IMG/VR virus record: IMGVR_UViG_2681812969_000001 | Coordinates: 4,448-68,447 of that record | DNA length: 64,000 nt | Source: a virus | Reading direction: 5' to 3' (one strand) | Notes under the pieces: model-generated | Database searches by the model: none | Seen by the model: only the letters and a program-made list of their open reading frames with translations | Told to the model about the DNA's origin: nothing | Shown: positions 36,305 through 45,930 of the stretch, in pieces | Layout: each line of letters opens with the position of its first letter | Position numbering within the stretch: the first letter of the stretch is position 1 | Translations under genes and position numbers: made by a program

Positions 36305-36784
36305 TCAGCGTGACCAGACCTCCACCCAGACGGTCCCGGCCCCGTACCATCCTCCACGGTCGTCCACCACGCATCTGAACTCGTCCTTGGGCAGCATCTC
36401 GCTGACATCATCGGCTTCCAGATACGGCTGAGAAACGACCAGCCTCCGACCTTCCGGCATCAACCAGGTCGTCACGTGATCTGCCCAACGACGCTCGCGG
36501 AATCGCTCTCGGCACACAGCGACGCCGCACCGACCAGACCGCAGCCAGTGCCCACACGGCTGGCCACGTGACGGCCTGGCACCAGTGGCCTCGGCCCACG
36601 TGAGCAACGCTTCTCGGGACTCCAGCCACACGTTGGGCCCATACGGCCACCAGTGGATTCTGCGCCACCCGGACCCCCACAGCTTGGCTGCCTTCTTGTC
36701 CGTGGCGGAGGCCCAGGATGGATCCTGCTCAACGCGGGTTCCGTTGCGCTGGGACCCGCGACGCCAGCTGGTCTCACCGCTCAT
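36305..36784 (-). CDS. Hypothetical Trp-rich protein
   Basis: 159-aa ORF; W.DH..SQPY..GWYG.GT. Confidence 0.6.
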   Translation of the reverse strand: MSGETSWRRGSQRNGTRVEQDPSWASATDKKAAKLWGSGWRRIHWWPYGPNVWLESREALLTWAEATGARPSRGQPCGHWLRSGRCGVAVCRERFRERRWADHVTTWLMPEGRRLVVSQPYLEADDVSEMLPKDEFRCVVDDRGGWYGAGTVWVEVWSR

Positions 36785-36941
36785 CTCGCGCCCCCGTCAC
36801 GCACGGCGGCTCCGCAGGCGGATTCGACTTCGGCCACGCTTCTCCACACGTGCGACACAGCATGTCACCGGTCTGCGCGCCGAGATAGCGTTCCTTCTCG
36901 GGGTGGTCGAACCGGCATCCTTCTCGACGGGCCTCACTCAT
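36774..36941 (-). CDS. Small Cys/His (zinc-finger-like) protein
   Basis: Hand-translated MSEARREGCRFDHPEKERYLGAQTGDMLCRTCGEAW..; GAGGAG RBS. Confidence 0.5.
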   Translation of the reverse strand: MSEARREGCRFDHPEKERYLGAQTGDMLCRTCGEAWPKSNPPAEPPCVTGARDER

Positions 36942-36965
36942 CCTGTTCTCCTCGCCCCTTGGTCC

Positions 36966-37175
36966 TCAGATGTCTCCGTTGATCACGAGCCGCGCAAGCC
37001 TCGTCATCTGCCGCGCCGTGAGGACACACGCCGCCTCGAACCTGGCACTGTGCATCTGATCCTGGTTCTCCGCGACCGTCACCCGCACCGTGCCATCAGC
37101 GCGAGGCTCGACAATCATGTATTCCGGTGCGTTGTTCGCACCAGCGAACTTGCGTGCGCGCTTCACATCACTCAT
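36966..37175 (-). CDS. Small hypothetical protein
   Basis: 69 aa; AAGGAG RBS. Confidence 0.55.
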   Translation of the reverse strand: MSDVKRARKFAGANNAPEYMIVEPRADGTVRVTVAENQDQMHSARFEAACVLTARQMTRLARLVINGDI

Positions 37176-37563
37176 CCTGCGCTCCTTCCTCCGGCTCGGG
37201 TGCGAGCCCCTGGCGATGTGCCGCCCACTGTGCCCGCAGCGACATCTCCTTGAGGTCCGGGTAACTGCGGGCGGTCGAGTCCTGTGCTCCGTCCTGGCCG
37301 GCGACGAGGACGCGCTGGCCTATCTGCGACAGTTGCCGTTCGACATCAGCCACCGCGCGACGTAGCTGCTCGGTCGCCGGGCCGATTCTGTCCACCGTGC
37401 AGGTGACGCGCACCTCGATCTCATCGGACGTGACCCATTCACGGCCGTCCATGGTGCGGCAGCTACTCGCTTCCTGCGAGTGTTCAGCGGTGACGCGGGG
37501 TGCTCTCCGAGGCATGACGTCTCCGATCTGGTCGAGCTGGTCTGGGTTGATTTCGCGCCACAT
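37168..37563 (-). CDS. Hypothetical protein
   Basis: GGGAGG RBS before ATG 37563. Confidence 0.5.
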   Translation of the reverse strand: MWREINPDQLDQIGDVMPRRAPRVTAEHSQEASSCRTMDGREWVTSDEIEVRVTCTVDRIGPATEQLRRAVADVERQLSQIGQRVLVAGQDGAQDSTARSYPDLKEMSLRAQWAAHRQGLAPEPEEGAQDE

Positions 37564-37704
37564 GCGGCCCAGCCTCCCACCAGGAAACCGGGCCGCACGC
37601 GAACTATCCACTAGCTGCGGGGTTCGGTTCCCTGCAGCGGGGGCACGCCGCGTTGCCGATGTACACGACCGCGCCACACTGGCACCGGTACTCCGACGGC
37701 AAGA

Positions 37705-38277
37705 TCACGATGGGTTCACCTCCGGGAAGTCTCTGACCTTCAACTTGGCCTTGTCGCAGTCCGGGTCGCCCGGGTCGCGCCACCACACGATCCCTTCCCA
37801 GCCGAGACGACGAGCATCCGCAATCGCGTCAGCTGGAAGGGCCAGCGGATCCGCACCCAAACCGAACAGGGAGCCGTGTGCCACGAGCAGGTGGGAGCTG
37901 GCACGGTCCGGGTTCCCGTTGATCCTCGGGCCGATGAGTTCGTACGTCCACGGCTCCCACAGCGAGGATTGCTCCAGTGCTTCGGCGTGCCATCGGGCGA
38001 ACCCGGACTGTTCGATGGGCTCCCAGCCGACGCGCTTCCCGGTGGCCTCGTCACGGTCGACTTCGCGCCAGCCGGGCGGAGGGTTCTTCCCGGGCTTAAC
38101 CTCCCGCCGCGCCCACCACGCCCCGGCATCGTCCAGAAGACAGCAGGTGCCGTCCCACTTCCGGGTCGCGACACCTTCACCGGCGAGGACCCACTCACAC
38201 CCTGGTGTCACCTCCCCGGGGATCACGTGACGGCGGTCGTCGGGGTCACGCTGAAACAGCGTCGGGATCTTCCTCAT
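37705..38277 (-). CDS. DUF5565 / RLIG1-like RNA ligase
   Basis: MRKIPTLF.R..GEGVATRKWDGTCC (KxDG), TYELIGP.INGNP, EGIVW..KLK. Confidence 0.72.
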   Translation of the reverse strand: MRKIPTLFQRDPDDRRHVIPGEVTPGCEWVLAGEGVATRKWDGTCCLLDDAGAWWARREVKPGKNPPPGWREVDRDEATGKRVGWEPIEQSGFARWHAEALEQSSLWEPWTYELIGPRINGNPDRASSHLLVAHGSLFGLGADPLALPADAIADARRLGWEGIVWWRDPGDPDCDKAKLKVRDFPEVNPS

Positions 38278-38711
38278 CGTGTTTCTCCTTCGTACGCGTC
38301 CGCGAGGCCCTCGGCGAGGAGCGTCTGGCCGATGTCGATGCCGGTGACCTCGATGGTGGCGAGGGTCCGGCCGTACTTGTCCCGGTCGTACTCGTAGACG
38401 GTCGCGAGCTGCCCCGGCCTGGCCAGCTCCAGCACCCGGTCCCGCGCCGCGGCCGCGGCGGCCCGCTCAGCCGGGTCTTTTGACCGCAACTCTGGGGTGT
38501 CGACGTGCGCGAGCCGGACGCGGCGCAGACCAGCGGTGAACACGCCCGTGTCTTCTTTGCGGATGAGCCACACGTCCAACGTGTCGCCGTCGATGACGCG
38601 GTGCACGATGCTGTTCCGGAACGCTGTCGCGCCCGTCACGTCAGGGGCGACCTGCGCGGGCCACAACGCGAGCCCACACAGTTCGACGAGCGCGTGATGC
38701 AGTTCGGTCAC
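38274..38711 (-). CDS. Thermonuclease (SNase-like)
   Basis: RVIDGDT..RVRL..VDTPE..DKYGRTLA..LL.EGLA. Confidence 0.88.
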   Translation of the reverse strand: MTELHHALVELCGLALWPAQVAPDVTGATAFRNSIVHRVIDGDTLDVWLIRKEDTGVFTAGLRRVRLAHVDTPELRSKDPAERAAAAAARDRVLELARPGQLATVYEYDRDKYGRTLATIEVTGIDIGQTLLAEGLADAYEGETR

Positions 38712-39274
38712 TGCTGTCCTCCCGTCACGTTAGGGCACCTCACAGCGATCTCGCCGGGGTCCACCGGGTAGCCGGGCTGGGGGTTCACGATCAGCCACCG
38801 CGACGACGTCACCGCAGATGCGCACCGGGCCGACGCGTCCGGCGACAGGCCGCGGCCGTCGATCCACACGTCGACCTGGGTTGTGACTCCCGGCGCGGCG
38901 CCCTCGCCCGGTACGTGACACGCCCCGTTCTGCGGGGCCGGGCCGTCACCACACGTGTCCTCAACCCCGAGATACCGGCGCAGCCCCGGGTCGTAGAACC
39001 GGGTCCCGGCCGGCCAGTCGAGCACATCGGCCCCGGTGGACAGGTCGTGCCCGACCGCGAGCGTCACCGGGTCTTCGTAGGTGCCGGTGCCGCCCGCCTC
39101 CCTGTGCCACATGCCATGCGATATCGCCCCGCCCGCCGGGGTGTTGTCCGCCCAGGTGTACGCCGTCACGAACGCCGGCACCCACCTCGGACCATCGACC
39201 GCGGCAGCCGGGGCCGCCGAGACGAGCGCGGCGGCGACCGAAGCCGCCGCCGCACACGCAACCCGCGCCATCAC
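38708..39274 (-). CDS. Secreted protein (3D/barrel-type cell-wall-acting candidate)
   Basis: Signal peptide (AAA-V); VTAY..DN.P..GG.GTY.DP.T.A..GTRFY..VEDTCG..VDVWI. Confidence 0.6.
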   Translation of the reverse strand: MMARVACAAAASVAAALVSAAPAAAVDGPRWVPAFVTAYTWADNTPAGGAISHGMWHREAGGTGTYEDPVTLAVGHDLSTGADVLDWPAGTRFYDPGLRRYLGVEDTCGDGPAPQNGACHVPGEGAAPGVTTQVDVWIDGRGLSPDASARCASAVTSSRWLIVNPQPGYPVDPGEIAVRCPNVTGGQQ

Positions 39275-39576
39275 CCGGAACCATCACTATCCGGCCGCAG
39301 CGACAGGATCCGCGCCACGAACACGTCACCCGTCTGCTCAGACCCGCCGATCGGGAGCGACACCGTGAGGTCCCGGGCATCGGTCACGACCATCCGCAGC
39401 GGCGATGGCCGCTCGCCACGGACGTTCACTGCGCTCAGGTGGAACACGATCGTGTCGCCGCGCTGCATCGGATCGCCGTCCAAGTCGCGCTGCCCCCACC
39501 ACGTCAACCGGCCAGACGCCAATGCGTCGAACACGGCTTGCCGGGTGACCGTGATCCTGTGCTCATCGCCGGTCAT
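39271..39576 (-). CDS. Hypothetical protein
   Basis: Coupled to both neighbours by overlaps. Confidence 0.55.
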   Translation of the reverse strand: MTGDEHRITVTRQAVFDALASGRLTWWGQRDLDGDPMQRGDTIVFHLSAVNVRGERPSPLRMVVTDARDLTVSLPIGGSEQTGDVFVARILSLRPDSDGSG

Positions 39577-40034
39577 CGCACACCTCCCTCGTTCGCGATG
39601 TCCAGGAGGACATCGGCGTGACACGGCGCGTCAAGCGGACACCAGCACGCCAGGTCACGACCACGGAGGTGCTCGCGTATCTCCGCGACCATCCCTTGAG
39701 GGCTCCAACCGAGCGACACGGGACGGGCGGTTACCCATTCCCGGTACAGGTCGACGCACTCCTGGGCGGTGGCGTCCCGGATGTCGTGCCACGTGACCTG
39801 CCCGTCGCCGTGGTGGAACGCGTGTCCTTCCCCGGACGTCTTGCACAGCCGCCCCTCGTGCTCCCAGCCGGTCTGGCCGTCGAGCCGCGGTGACCGCATC
39901 TGCGTCTTCCCGACACGGAACGGGTTGCCCCAGCGTGTCCCGCGCCCGACGTAGACGGCGCCTTCTGGCATCCGCCACCCATTGACCCGCCGCCGCTGGA
40001 TACGCCGCGGCCTGGTCGACTTCATGCCGTTCAC
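39573..40034 (-). CDS. DUF4326 family protein
   Basis: RIQRRR..GWRMPEGAVYVGRGTRWGNPF..LRGRDLACWCP..PCHADVL. Confidence 0.88.
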   Translation of the reverse strand: MNGMKSTRPRRIQRRRVNGWRMPEGAVYVGRGTRWGNPFRVGKTQMRSPRLDGQTGWEHEGRLCKTSGEGHAFHHGDGQVTWHDIRDATAQECVDLYREWVTARPVSLGWSPQGMVAEIREHLRGRDLACWCPLDAPCHADVLLDIANEGGVR

Positions 40035-40570
40035 CGTGCGCCTCCCTTGGCCGGTTTCCATTCCACGCCGTGGCCGGTCCAGGCGACATCGACCGGGATC
40101 ACGACCTGACCGTCCGTGCCGCGTGCCTGGCACTCGATCGGGTCACCTTCGATCCAGTCACGGGCGTTGCACTCACGCGGGTCGAACCGGCCGAAGTGGC
40201 GCACCTTCCGCTCCCACGACTCGCCCGCGCACTCGTGCCACGGCACACCATCCTCGACGCCGGCCGCAAACCACTCCTCGCAGCCGCAGTCGTACACGGC
40301 CCGGCACAGCGCATCCGCCGGAGCATGGCACTCGAACAGGACGAACCCGTCCTCGATCACCAGGCGGTGCGCAGGCTCCGGCGCGGCGGGCTCGTCCGGG
40401 GACCAGATAACCTCCCACCCCTTCTCCCGCACGTACCCGTCATCGATGCACATGCCCGTGGAGTCGACCGGGTTCCACGGGTGTTCCTCGTCGCAGCCCG
40501 TGCGGACCCACAGATTCCCGTACGGGCTGCGGCAGATCGTCCCGTACCCGGGATCCTCAGGGAGCTTCAC
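40031..40570 (-). CDS. Cys-rich hypothetical protein
   Basis: 179-aa ORF; GGAGGAGG RBS. Confidence 0.6.
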   Translation of the reverse strand: MKLPEDPGYGTICRSPYGNLWVRTGCDEEHPWNPVDSTGMCIDDGYVREKGWEVIWSPDEPAAPEPAHRLVIEDGFVLFECHAPADALCRAVYDCGCEEWFAAGVEDGVPWHECAGESWERKVRHFGRFDPRECNARDWIEGDPIECQARGTDGQVVIPVDVAWTGHGVEWKPAKGGAR

Positions 40571-40665
40571 GACTCCTCCTCCTCCATCCGTTCTTCCCTT
40601 CCAGACGTGCGCGGGCCGGGACCCTCAGGTGTGGTCCCGGCCCGCGCGATGTGCCGTGCGTGTGG

Positions 40666-42141
40666 TTACTCGCCGCTGTCGCTGTCGCTCTTGCTGTCCT
40701 TCCCGTCGTCCTGACCCTGGCCGCCGCCCTGGTCGGACTCGCCTGCCTTGTCCTGACCCTCCTCTGCGTCGTGGTCCTGGGAGTCACCGGCGACCTCGCC
40801 GCCGCCCGTAGCCGACTCCGACGGGGCCGTCGGCTGCGTGCCCGGGAGCGCCAGACCCAACGTCGGGTCCGATGACGGGGCCGGCACGCCCTGCGCGGGG
40901 GCCTGCGGCGCCGGCGCCGTGATCTGCGGCTGCCCGCCACCGAACAGGCTCTGGAACCACGCCGCGAACCCCGACTGCTGCTCCTGCGTGGGCTGCGTCG
41001 GGCGGCCGTCCTGGCCGATGAACAGCGGGAAGATCCACGAACCGAACCCGCCCGACTGCTGCGACGGGACCTGCGTCGGGCTCGCCGGGGTAACCGGCGC
41101 CAGACCGGGGGCCGCGGGAGCCGTCGAATCCGCCGACGGCTCCTGCGTGGACTGGGTGGGCTGCGCGAACGGCACGGTCGGGACACCGATCCCAGACGGC
41201 ACCCCCGACGTTGCCTCAGCGGTGGGCTGCCCGGTCGAGGTGCCCTCCCCCACCGACGCCTGCTGGCTCACGGCCGCCGGGGACTTCACATCCTCGGTCG
41301 CTGCGGGGGTCGGCTCAGTCGCCCCACCACCCAGAACCATCGCGCCCGCCACAACTGCACTTGCGATCATGCTCTCTCCTTCACTAACCCCGGCCCGTGT
41401 GGCCGGGGACTCCTTGAGTGCGCGGCCGACGGCCGCGCCCATGTGATCGATGACCCCGCCGTGATCCACAGCAGGGGTCTCGAGCGACGCCCGCGCGCCG
41501 CCCTCGACATCAGCGGCGTGACCCGCCCGGGCGTCGGCGAGGGCGGCGTACCCGTCCGACGCGTTACCGGCCGTGTCGCCGGTGCCGGTGACCCGCACCA
41601 CCCGATACCCGGCCGGAGCCGCGGCGGGGCCTCCGCCGGCGGGGCCTCCACCGCCGAACAGCACCGCACCACCAGGCGGCATCCGCCCGGCGTACGCGGC
41701 GGTCAGGTAGCGGAACTCCTGCGCGCCGCCCGAGTACCCGACGAACCACACCCGGTCGCCCGGGCGTGTGTGCGCGGACACCCACGAACGGATCCACTCC
41801 GCGTTCCGCGCACCCTGCTTGTACCAGGTGCCCGACACCCGATCCGGGGTCCGCAGCTGCGAGAACCCGCAGCCCGCCTCGACGGCGGCGTCACGCATCC
41901 TCGACGTGTAACCCGGCTCCGCCCCGGACGCCCACAGGCCGCCCGGATCCTCGTCACCGTCCGACGGCTCCTCATCACCAGGCAGGAACACCACCCGGCA
42001 CCCGGCGTCACGCGGCGCCTCCCACGACCTGGACACCGACGACAACCCGCCAGGGCCAGACCACGACACGACCTCACCCGGAGACGACGATGCCGCCGCA
42101 ACCGAGAAGGTCACGGCGGCCACCAGGACAGCACTGCTCAC
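40666..42141 (-). CDS. Secreted alpha/beta hydrolase (esterase) fused to a low-complexity Pro/Gln/Asp-rich segment
   Basis: Signal peptide; GYSGG nucleophile elbow; D and H (VDHG) candidates; internal RBS+ATG at 41370. Confidence 0.7.
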   Translation of the reverse strand: MSSAVLVAAVTFSVAAASSSPGEVVSWSGPGGLSSVSRSWEAPRDAGCRVVFLPGDEEPSDGDEDPGGLWASGAEPGYTSRMRDAAVEAGCGFSQLRTPDRVSGTWYKQGARNAEWIRSWVSAHTRPGDRVWFVGYSGGAQEFRYLTAAYAGRMPPGGAVLFGGGGPAGGGPAAAPAGYRVVRVTGTGDTAGNASDGYAALADARAGHAADVEGGARASLETPAVDHGGVIDHMGAAVGRALKESPATRAGVSEGESMIASAVVAGAMVLGGGATEPTPAATEDVKSPAAVSQQASVGEGTSTGQPTAEATSGVPSGIGVPTVPFAQPTQSTQEPSADSTAPAAPGLAPVTPASPTQVPSQQSGGFGSWIFPLFIGQDGRPTQPTQEQQSGFAAWFQSLFGGGQPQITAPAPQAPAQGVPAPSSDPTLGLALPGTQPTAPSESATGGGEVAGDSQDHDAEEGQDKAGESDQGGGQGQDDGKDSKSDSDSGE

Positions 42142-42551
42142 TCCCACGGCTCCACCTCGAAAGAGAACCCGCCAGCAGCCCCGCGCCGCACGATCGTCTC
42201 ACCAGGCCACACCTCCTGACCGTCAGGCAGGATCAGCGCCGTCGACGGACACGCCACTCCACATGGCTCACCGCGCCCACCGAGTTCGTCCATCCGCCAC
42301 ACCTCGTGCGCGAACGGACCAGACTCCCACGCCATACCAACAAACTCGTACGACTCGCGACAGTTCATGCCCGGCTTGTAGACGAGACGCTCAACGCGCT
42401 CACCATGCCCAGTCATCGCCTCATCCAGATCACGCACCGCCCTCTCGACCGCCTGCGCCGTCGCAGCGACCGTCGGGTCGGCACCCAGCGCACGTGCAAG
42501 CGCGAACAGCCGTTCCCTGATACCGGTCTTCGTCACTGGTCCATCCATCAC
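42138..42551 (-). CDS. Hypothetical protein
   Basis: GTGA overlaps on both sides. Confidence 0.55.
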   Translation of the reverse strand: MMDGPVTKTGIRERLFALARALGADPTVAATAQAVERAVRDLDEAMTGHGERVERLVYKPGMNCRESYEFVGMAWESGPFAHEVWRMDELGGRGEPCGVACPSTALILPDGQEVWPGETIVRRGAAGGFSFEVEPWE

Positions 42552-44647
42552 TTCTCCTTCCGAATCGTGAGGCCGTTGTCGCCCCACTGGAGTTCGTACT
42601 GCGGCACCCCCGCGTCCTGCTCCACCGGACGCAGCCACGACGGCACCGACGGCTTCGGAGGCGCCTGAATCGGCGGCAACCCGATGCCAGGGGCCTGCTC
42701 GGCAGGGACCGGCGTCCCAACCTGCGGCGCCGGTGAAGCGGACGCCGACGGCGCCGGGGCGGCCGGGGCCTGTGTCGGCGTCGAGCGGGGAGCCACACCC
42801 TTCCCGCCGGCGGCGGCAGCGAACCCGGCCTTGAGCGCGGCACCGACCTTCGGCATCTGCCCGTCACCCACCGAGTTCGCGATGTACGCGGCGGGCTCGT
42901 CGAAGTACGAGATCATCGCCACGTTGTTCCGCGCCGCCCACGCCAACACGTCGTTGACGAACGCCGGGTTGTCGCCGCGGCCGTCCTTCCCGTGAGCGCC
43001 CCATTCCGGCAGCGACAGCGGCAGGCCCTTGGTCTTGGCGAACTCTGCCCAGTCGTTGAGTTGCCCGTCGCCGTCCATGGGGTCCTCGTTGGACCAGTCG
43101 TAGGCGTCGACGCCGATCACATCGACCCACTGGTCACCGGGCCACGCGTCCGCGACGGCCTTCTGGACGCCGCCCTGACCCGTGTTCGGGTTCCACTCCA
43201 GCCGGGCCGTCGGGCAGCCCGCGCGGATGCCCCTTGCGGAGTTGACGAACCCGGCCTTGAACGCGTCCGGGCCGATCCTGTCGACAGTCCAATCCCACGA
43301 CCCGGACAGGTTGAACTCCCACCCGGGACGGATGTACGCGTCGGGGTCTTTCACGCACACCGCCGCCGCGATCTGCCGCGCAACATCGGTTGACACGAGC
43401 GGGATCGCGACGTCGAACCCGACCCCGTCCGGGGCCTCTCCGACAATGCGTTTCGTCTCGGAGATCATCACGTCATCGCCCTGCTCACGCTGCGGCGCGA
43501 CCTGCCACACGTCCACTGGGCGTCCGATCGCTTCCTCGAACCGCGCGACCCGGTCCGGGGAGTGCGCGAACACACCGATGTCGTACGGCAGACCAGACCG
43601 CGCCCCGAGCTTCGACCCCGACCCCTGCCGCGTCGGCTGCGGCTGCGTGGGCTGGGGTTTGGGGGCGGCGATCGACGCCGGGATCGACGGCTCCGCCGAC
43701 GGCACACCCGGAGCTGACGCCGCCCCTGGCTGGTCGACCTGGTTCCCGGCGGCTGAGAACCCCGGATCAGCCTTCACCTTCACGATCTGCCCGGCCGTCG
43801 CGCCGTACGCGTTGCCGGTCGCGACGTTCCCGGGGCCGCGCAGCTCCACGAGGGAACCGTTGGTCGTCTCGATACTGCCGGTGCACGAGTTGCCCTGGAA
43901 CACGTTGCGGGTAGCGGCCTCCTTCACGTTGAAGCACTCCGACCCCCACGTGGCGATCCGGTTACCGGTCACCCAGTTCCGCTGCGACTGGTCGGTGCCG
44001 GGCATCGGCTGACCCGTGGACTTCGGCGACGTGCCAACGTAGACGCCTTCACCGTTGTGGAACGGGTCAGCGTTCTTCGCCTTCGCGAACATGCCGCACC
44101 AGTCGACAACGCTGTTCTGCACACGGTTGTTTGTGGCGTTCGAGCGCATCCGCACGCACTCACCGCCAGCGCCCCGCAGAATCAACCTGTCCAACGTCAC
44201 GTCATGCACCCCGGCCGCGTTCGCCCCGATGTACACGAGCCGTGAATCCACCGCGGCGCCCTGCTGAGCCTCCTTGAACGCCCGCGCCTCCTGCAGCGAC
44301 GGGTTCGCCGGGTACGCGGCCCACGGGATGCCCGGCTGCCCGTACACCGCGAGGTCCGAGACAGTGATGTACGGGTGGTCGATGTCGATGACGTGCCCGT
44401 CCGCGACGAGCGTCGCCCCCGGCCCCGTGAGCGTGATCGGCGCGTTCGGTGCGCCGCCACGAACCGACCTGATCGCCTCCCGGTACACCCCGGGCGCGAG
44501 CCGCACCGTGTCACCCGGCTGCGCCCGATCCAACGCGGCCTGCACCGACCCGCCAGGCTGCACCACAATGTCCTGCGCATGCGCAGGGGCCGCGCCCACC
44601 ACAGTGAACGCGGCCCCCACCAGCGCAGCCACGACGAACCTCATCAC
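42548..44647 (-). CDS. Secreted right-handed beta-helix + GH26-like glycoside hydrolase
   Basis: Signal peptide AHA-Q; SVQAALD.AQPGDTV.LAPGVYRE, GEGVYVG beta-helix; IRPGWEFN, VDVIGVDAYD, LPEWG..GDNPAFV. Confidence 0.82.
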   Translation of the reverse strand: MMRFVVAALVGAAFTVVGAAPAHAQDIVVQPGGSVQAALDRAQPGDTVRLAPGVYREAIRSVRGGAPNAPITLTGPGATLVADGHVIDIDHPYITVSDLAVYGQPGIPWAAYPANPSLQEARAFKEAQQGAAVDSRLVYIGANAAGVHDVTLDRLILRGAGGECVRMRSNATNNRVQNSVVDWCGMFAKAKNADPFHNGEGVYVGTSPKSTGQPMPGTDQSQRNWVTGNRIATWGSECFNVKEAATRNVFQGNSCTGSIETTNGSLVELRGPGNVATGNAYGATAGQIVKVKADPGFSAAGNQVDQPGAASAPGVPSAEPSIPASIAAPKPQPTQPQPTRQGSGSKLGARSGLPYDIGVFAHSPDRVARFEEAIGRPVDVWQVAPQREQGDDVMISETKRIVGEAPDGVGFDVAIPLVSTDVARQIAAAVCVKDPDAYIRPGWEFNLSGSWDWTVDRIGPDAFKAGFVNSARGIRAGCPTARLEWNPNTGQGGVQKAVADAWPGDQWVDVIGVDAYDWSNEDPMDGDGQLNDWAEFAKTKGLPLSLPEWGAHGKDGRGDNPAFVNDVLAWAARNNVAMISYFDEPAAYIANSVGDGQMPKVGAALKAGFAAAAGGKGVAPRSTPTQAPAAPAPSASASPAPQVGTPVPAEQAPGIGLPPIQAPPKPSVPSWLRPVEQDAGVPQYELQWGDNGLTIRKEK

Positions 44648-44832
44648 GGCGGCTCCACCTCCTGATCCTCAATCCACGCCAGCAGCTCCACGAGCGCCGG
44701 CGAATCCGACAACGTCAGACGCCGCAGCGCGCGGGCGTGCATAGTGTCCGCGATCTCTTTCACGGTCGCTGCGCCATCGTGCTTGCGGATCGCTTCGCCG
44801 ATCGCGTAGTGGCTGATCCATCCATGACTCAC
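44644..44832 (-). CDS. Small hypothetical protein
   Basis: Coupled by GTGA overlaps. Confidence 0.5.
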   Translation of the reverse strand: MSHGWISHYAIGEAIRKHDGAATVKEIADTMHARALRRLTLSDSPALVELLAWIEDQEVEPP

Positions 44833-44987
44833 TTCTCGTCCTTCCCGGCCTGCCACTGCGACTGGTGAATCCGCCACGCCGCGTGCAAAGCGCCCGCGAT
44901 CGTGCGGGCCATCACCGTGACCGGCTCGAACACGAACCCGTCACGCTCGATTGTGATCGTGTACCGGCCCTTATCTCTCGGTGTCAC
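44829..44987 (-). CDS. Small hypothetical protein
   Basis: Coupled by GTGA overlaps. Confidence 0.45.
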   Translation of the reverse strand: MTPRDKGRYTITIERDGFVFEPVTVMARTIAGALHAAWRIHQSQWQAGKDEK

Positions 44988-45631
44988 CATGCTCCGATCA
45001 GTCGCTCCGCGAGCTGCTCGCGGAGAGGGAATGCCGCGATCGACGCGGCGATGAGAACACACACGGCCGCTTCGGCGGGCGAGCCGGTGGTGAAAGCGCG
45101 GAGCCCCCAGCGACGGCCGTCGCGTCCGGGGGCTCCGCTTGTGGTGAGGGAATCACCGACAATGTGTGTGGCGACCCCTATGGCGGCGGGTATCGGCAGC
45201 CACCACGCATCCCAATCGAGCGTGGTCGCGCCGTACCCGCACGCCGCCGACACGAGAATGTTCGCGCCGCCCTGCACATTCGCACCGGCCGACAAGAGCA
45301 TCCCGACAGCGAACGCCACCGTGAACGCCTGCCCGTAAGGCGCCATCCACGCGACAGCGACAAGAACCGCCGTCCCTATCGACGCTCCAACAATCTGGTG
45401 CGTCGCGCCACGATGACCAAACACACGCCCAACAACGCCCGCAGGGACACGAGACAACGGCCCCCACATCCGCGCCGCATTCGACCCAGGATGGTCAATA
45501 TCCGGCGCCAGCGAAAACGCAGCAGACGTGAACGTCCACACCACCTGAGCCGGAACACCAAGCGGCGCCACAGCGAGACTCGACCACAAGCCCGTGGCGA
45601 AACCCGACGCCATGTGAGAAACACCCATCAC
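44984..45631 (-). CDS. Membrane metal-dependent hydrolase (YdjM family)
   Basis: MG.SH..G, PDIDHP.S, GHRGATH, THIVGD.LT..G motifs plus TM segments. Confidence 0.85.
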   Translation of the reverse strand: MMGVSHMASGFATGLWSSLAVAPLGVPAQVVWTFTSAAFSLAPDIDHPGSNAARMWGPLSRVPAGVVGRVFGHRGATHQIVGASIGTAVLVAVAWMAPYGQAFTVAFAVGMLLSAGANVQGGANILVSAACGYGATTLDWDAWWLPIPAAIGVATHIVGDSLTTSGAPGRDGRRWGLRAFTTGSPAEAAVCVLIAASIAAFPLREQLAERLIGAW

Positions 45632-45930
45632 GACAGTGACCGCTGTTCCTTCTTGCATTCAGCGCCACACACGCCGTCTGTATCATCGCGGTTTGACCAG
45701 ACCATCGGAGCCCCGCATTCGGGGCATCCGTCGCCGCCCTCGTAGGCCGTGGCTTCGGGGTCGCGCCAGAACACCAACGGCGTCGCCGCAGCCTGGCCGA
45801 CAGCCGACCGGGCGTCCCACCCGGTCGCCACCACCGACCTCTGAAACGGAACCTCGGCACCCACAAGCTCGACCGTCACCCGCCACCTGAACCCCGACGT
45901 GGGAACGATCGGGGACTCATCACCCGTCAC
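45628..45930 (-). CDS. Small zinc-ribbon protein
   Basis: CPECG..C...C. Confidence 0.55.
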   Translation of the reverse strand: MTGDESPIVPTSGFRWRVTVELVGAEVPFQRSVVATGWDARSAVGQAAATPLVFWRDPEATAYEGGDGCPECGAPMVWSNRDDTDGVCGAECKKEQRSLS

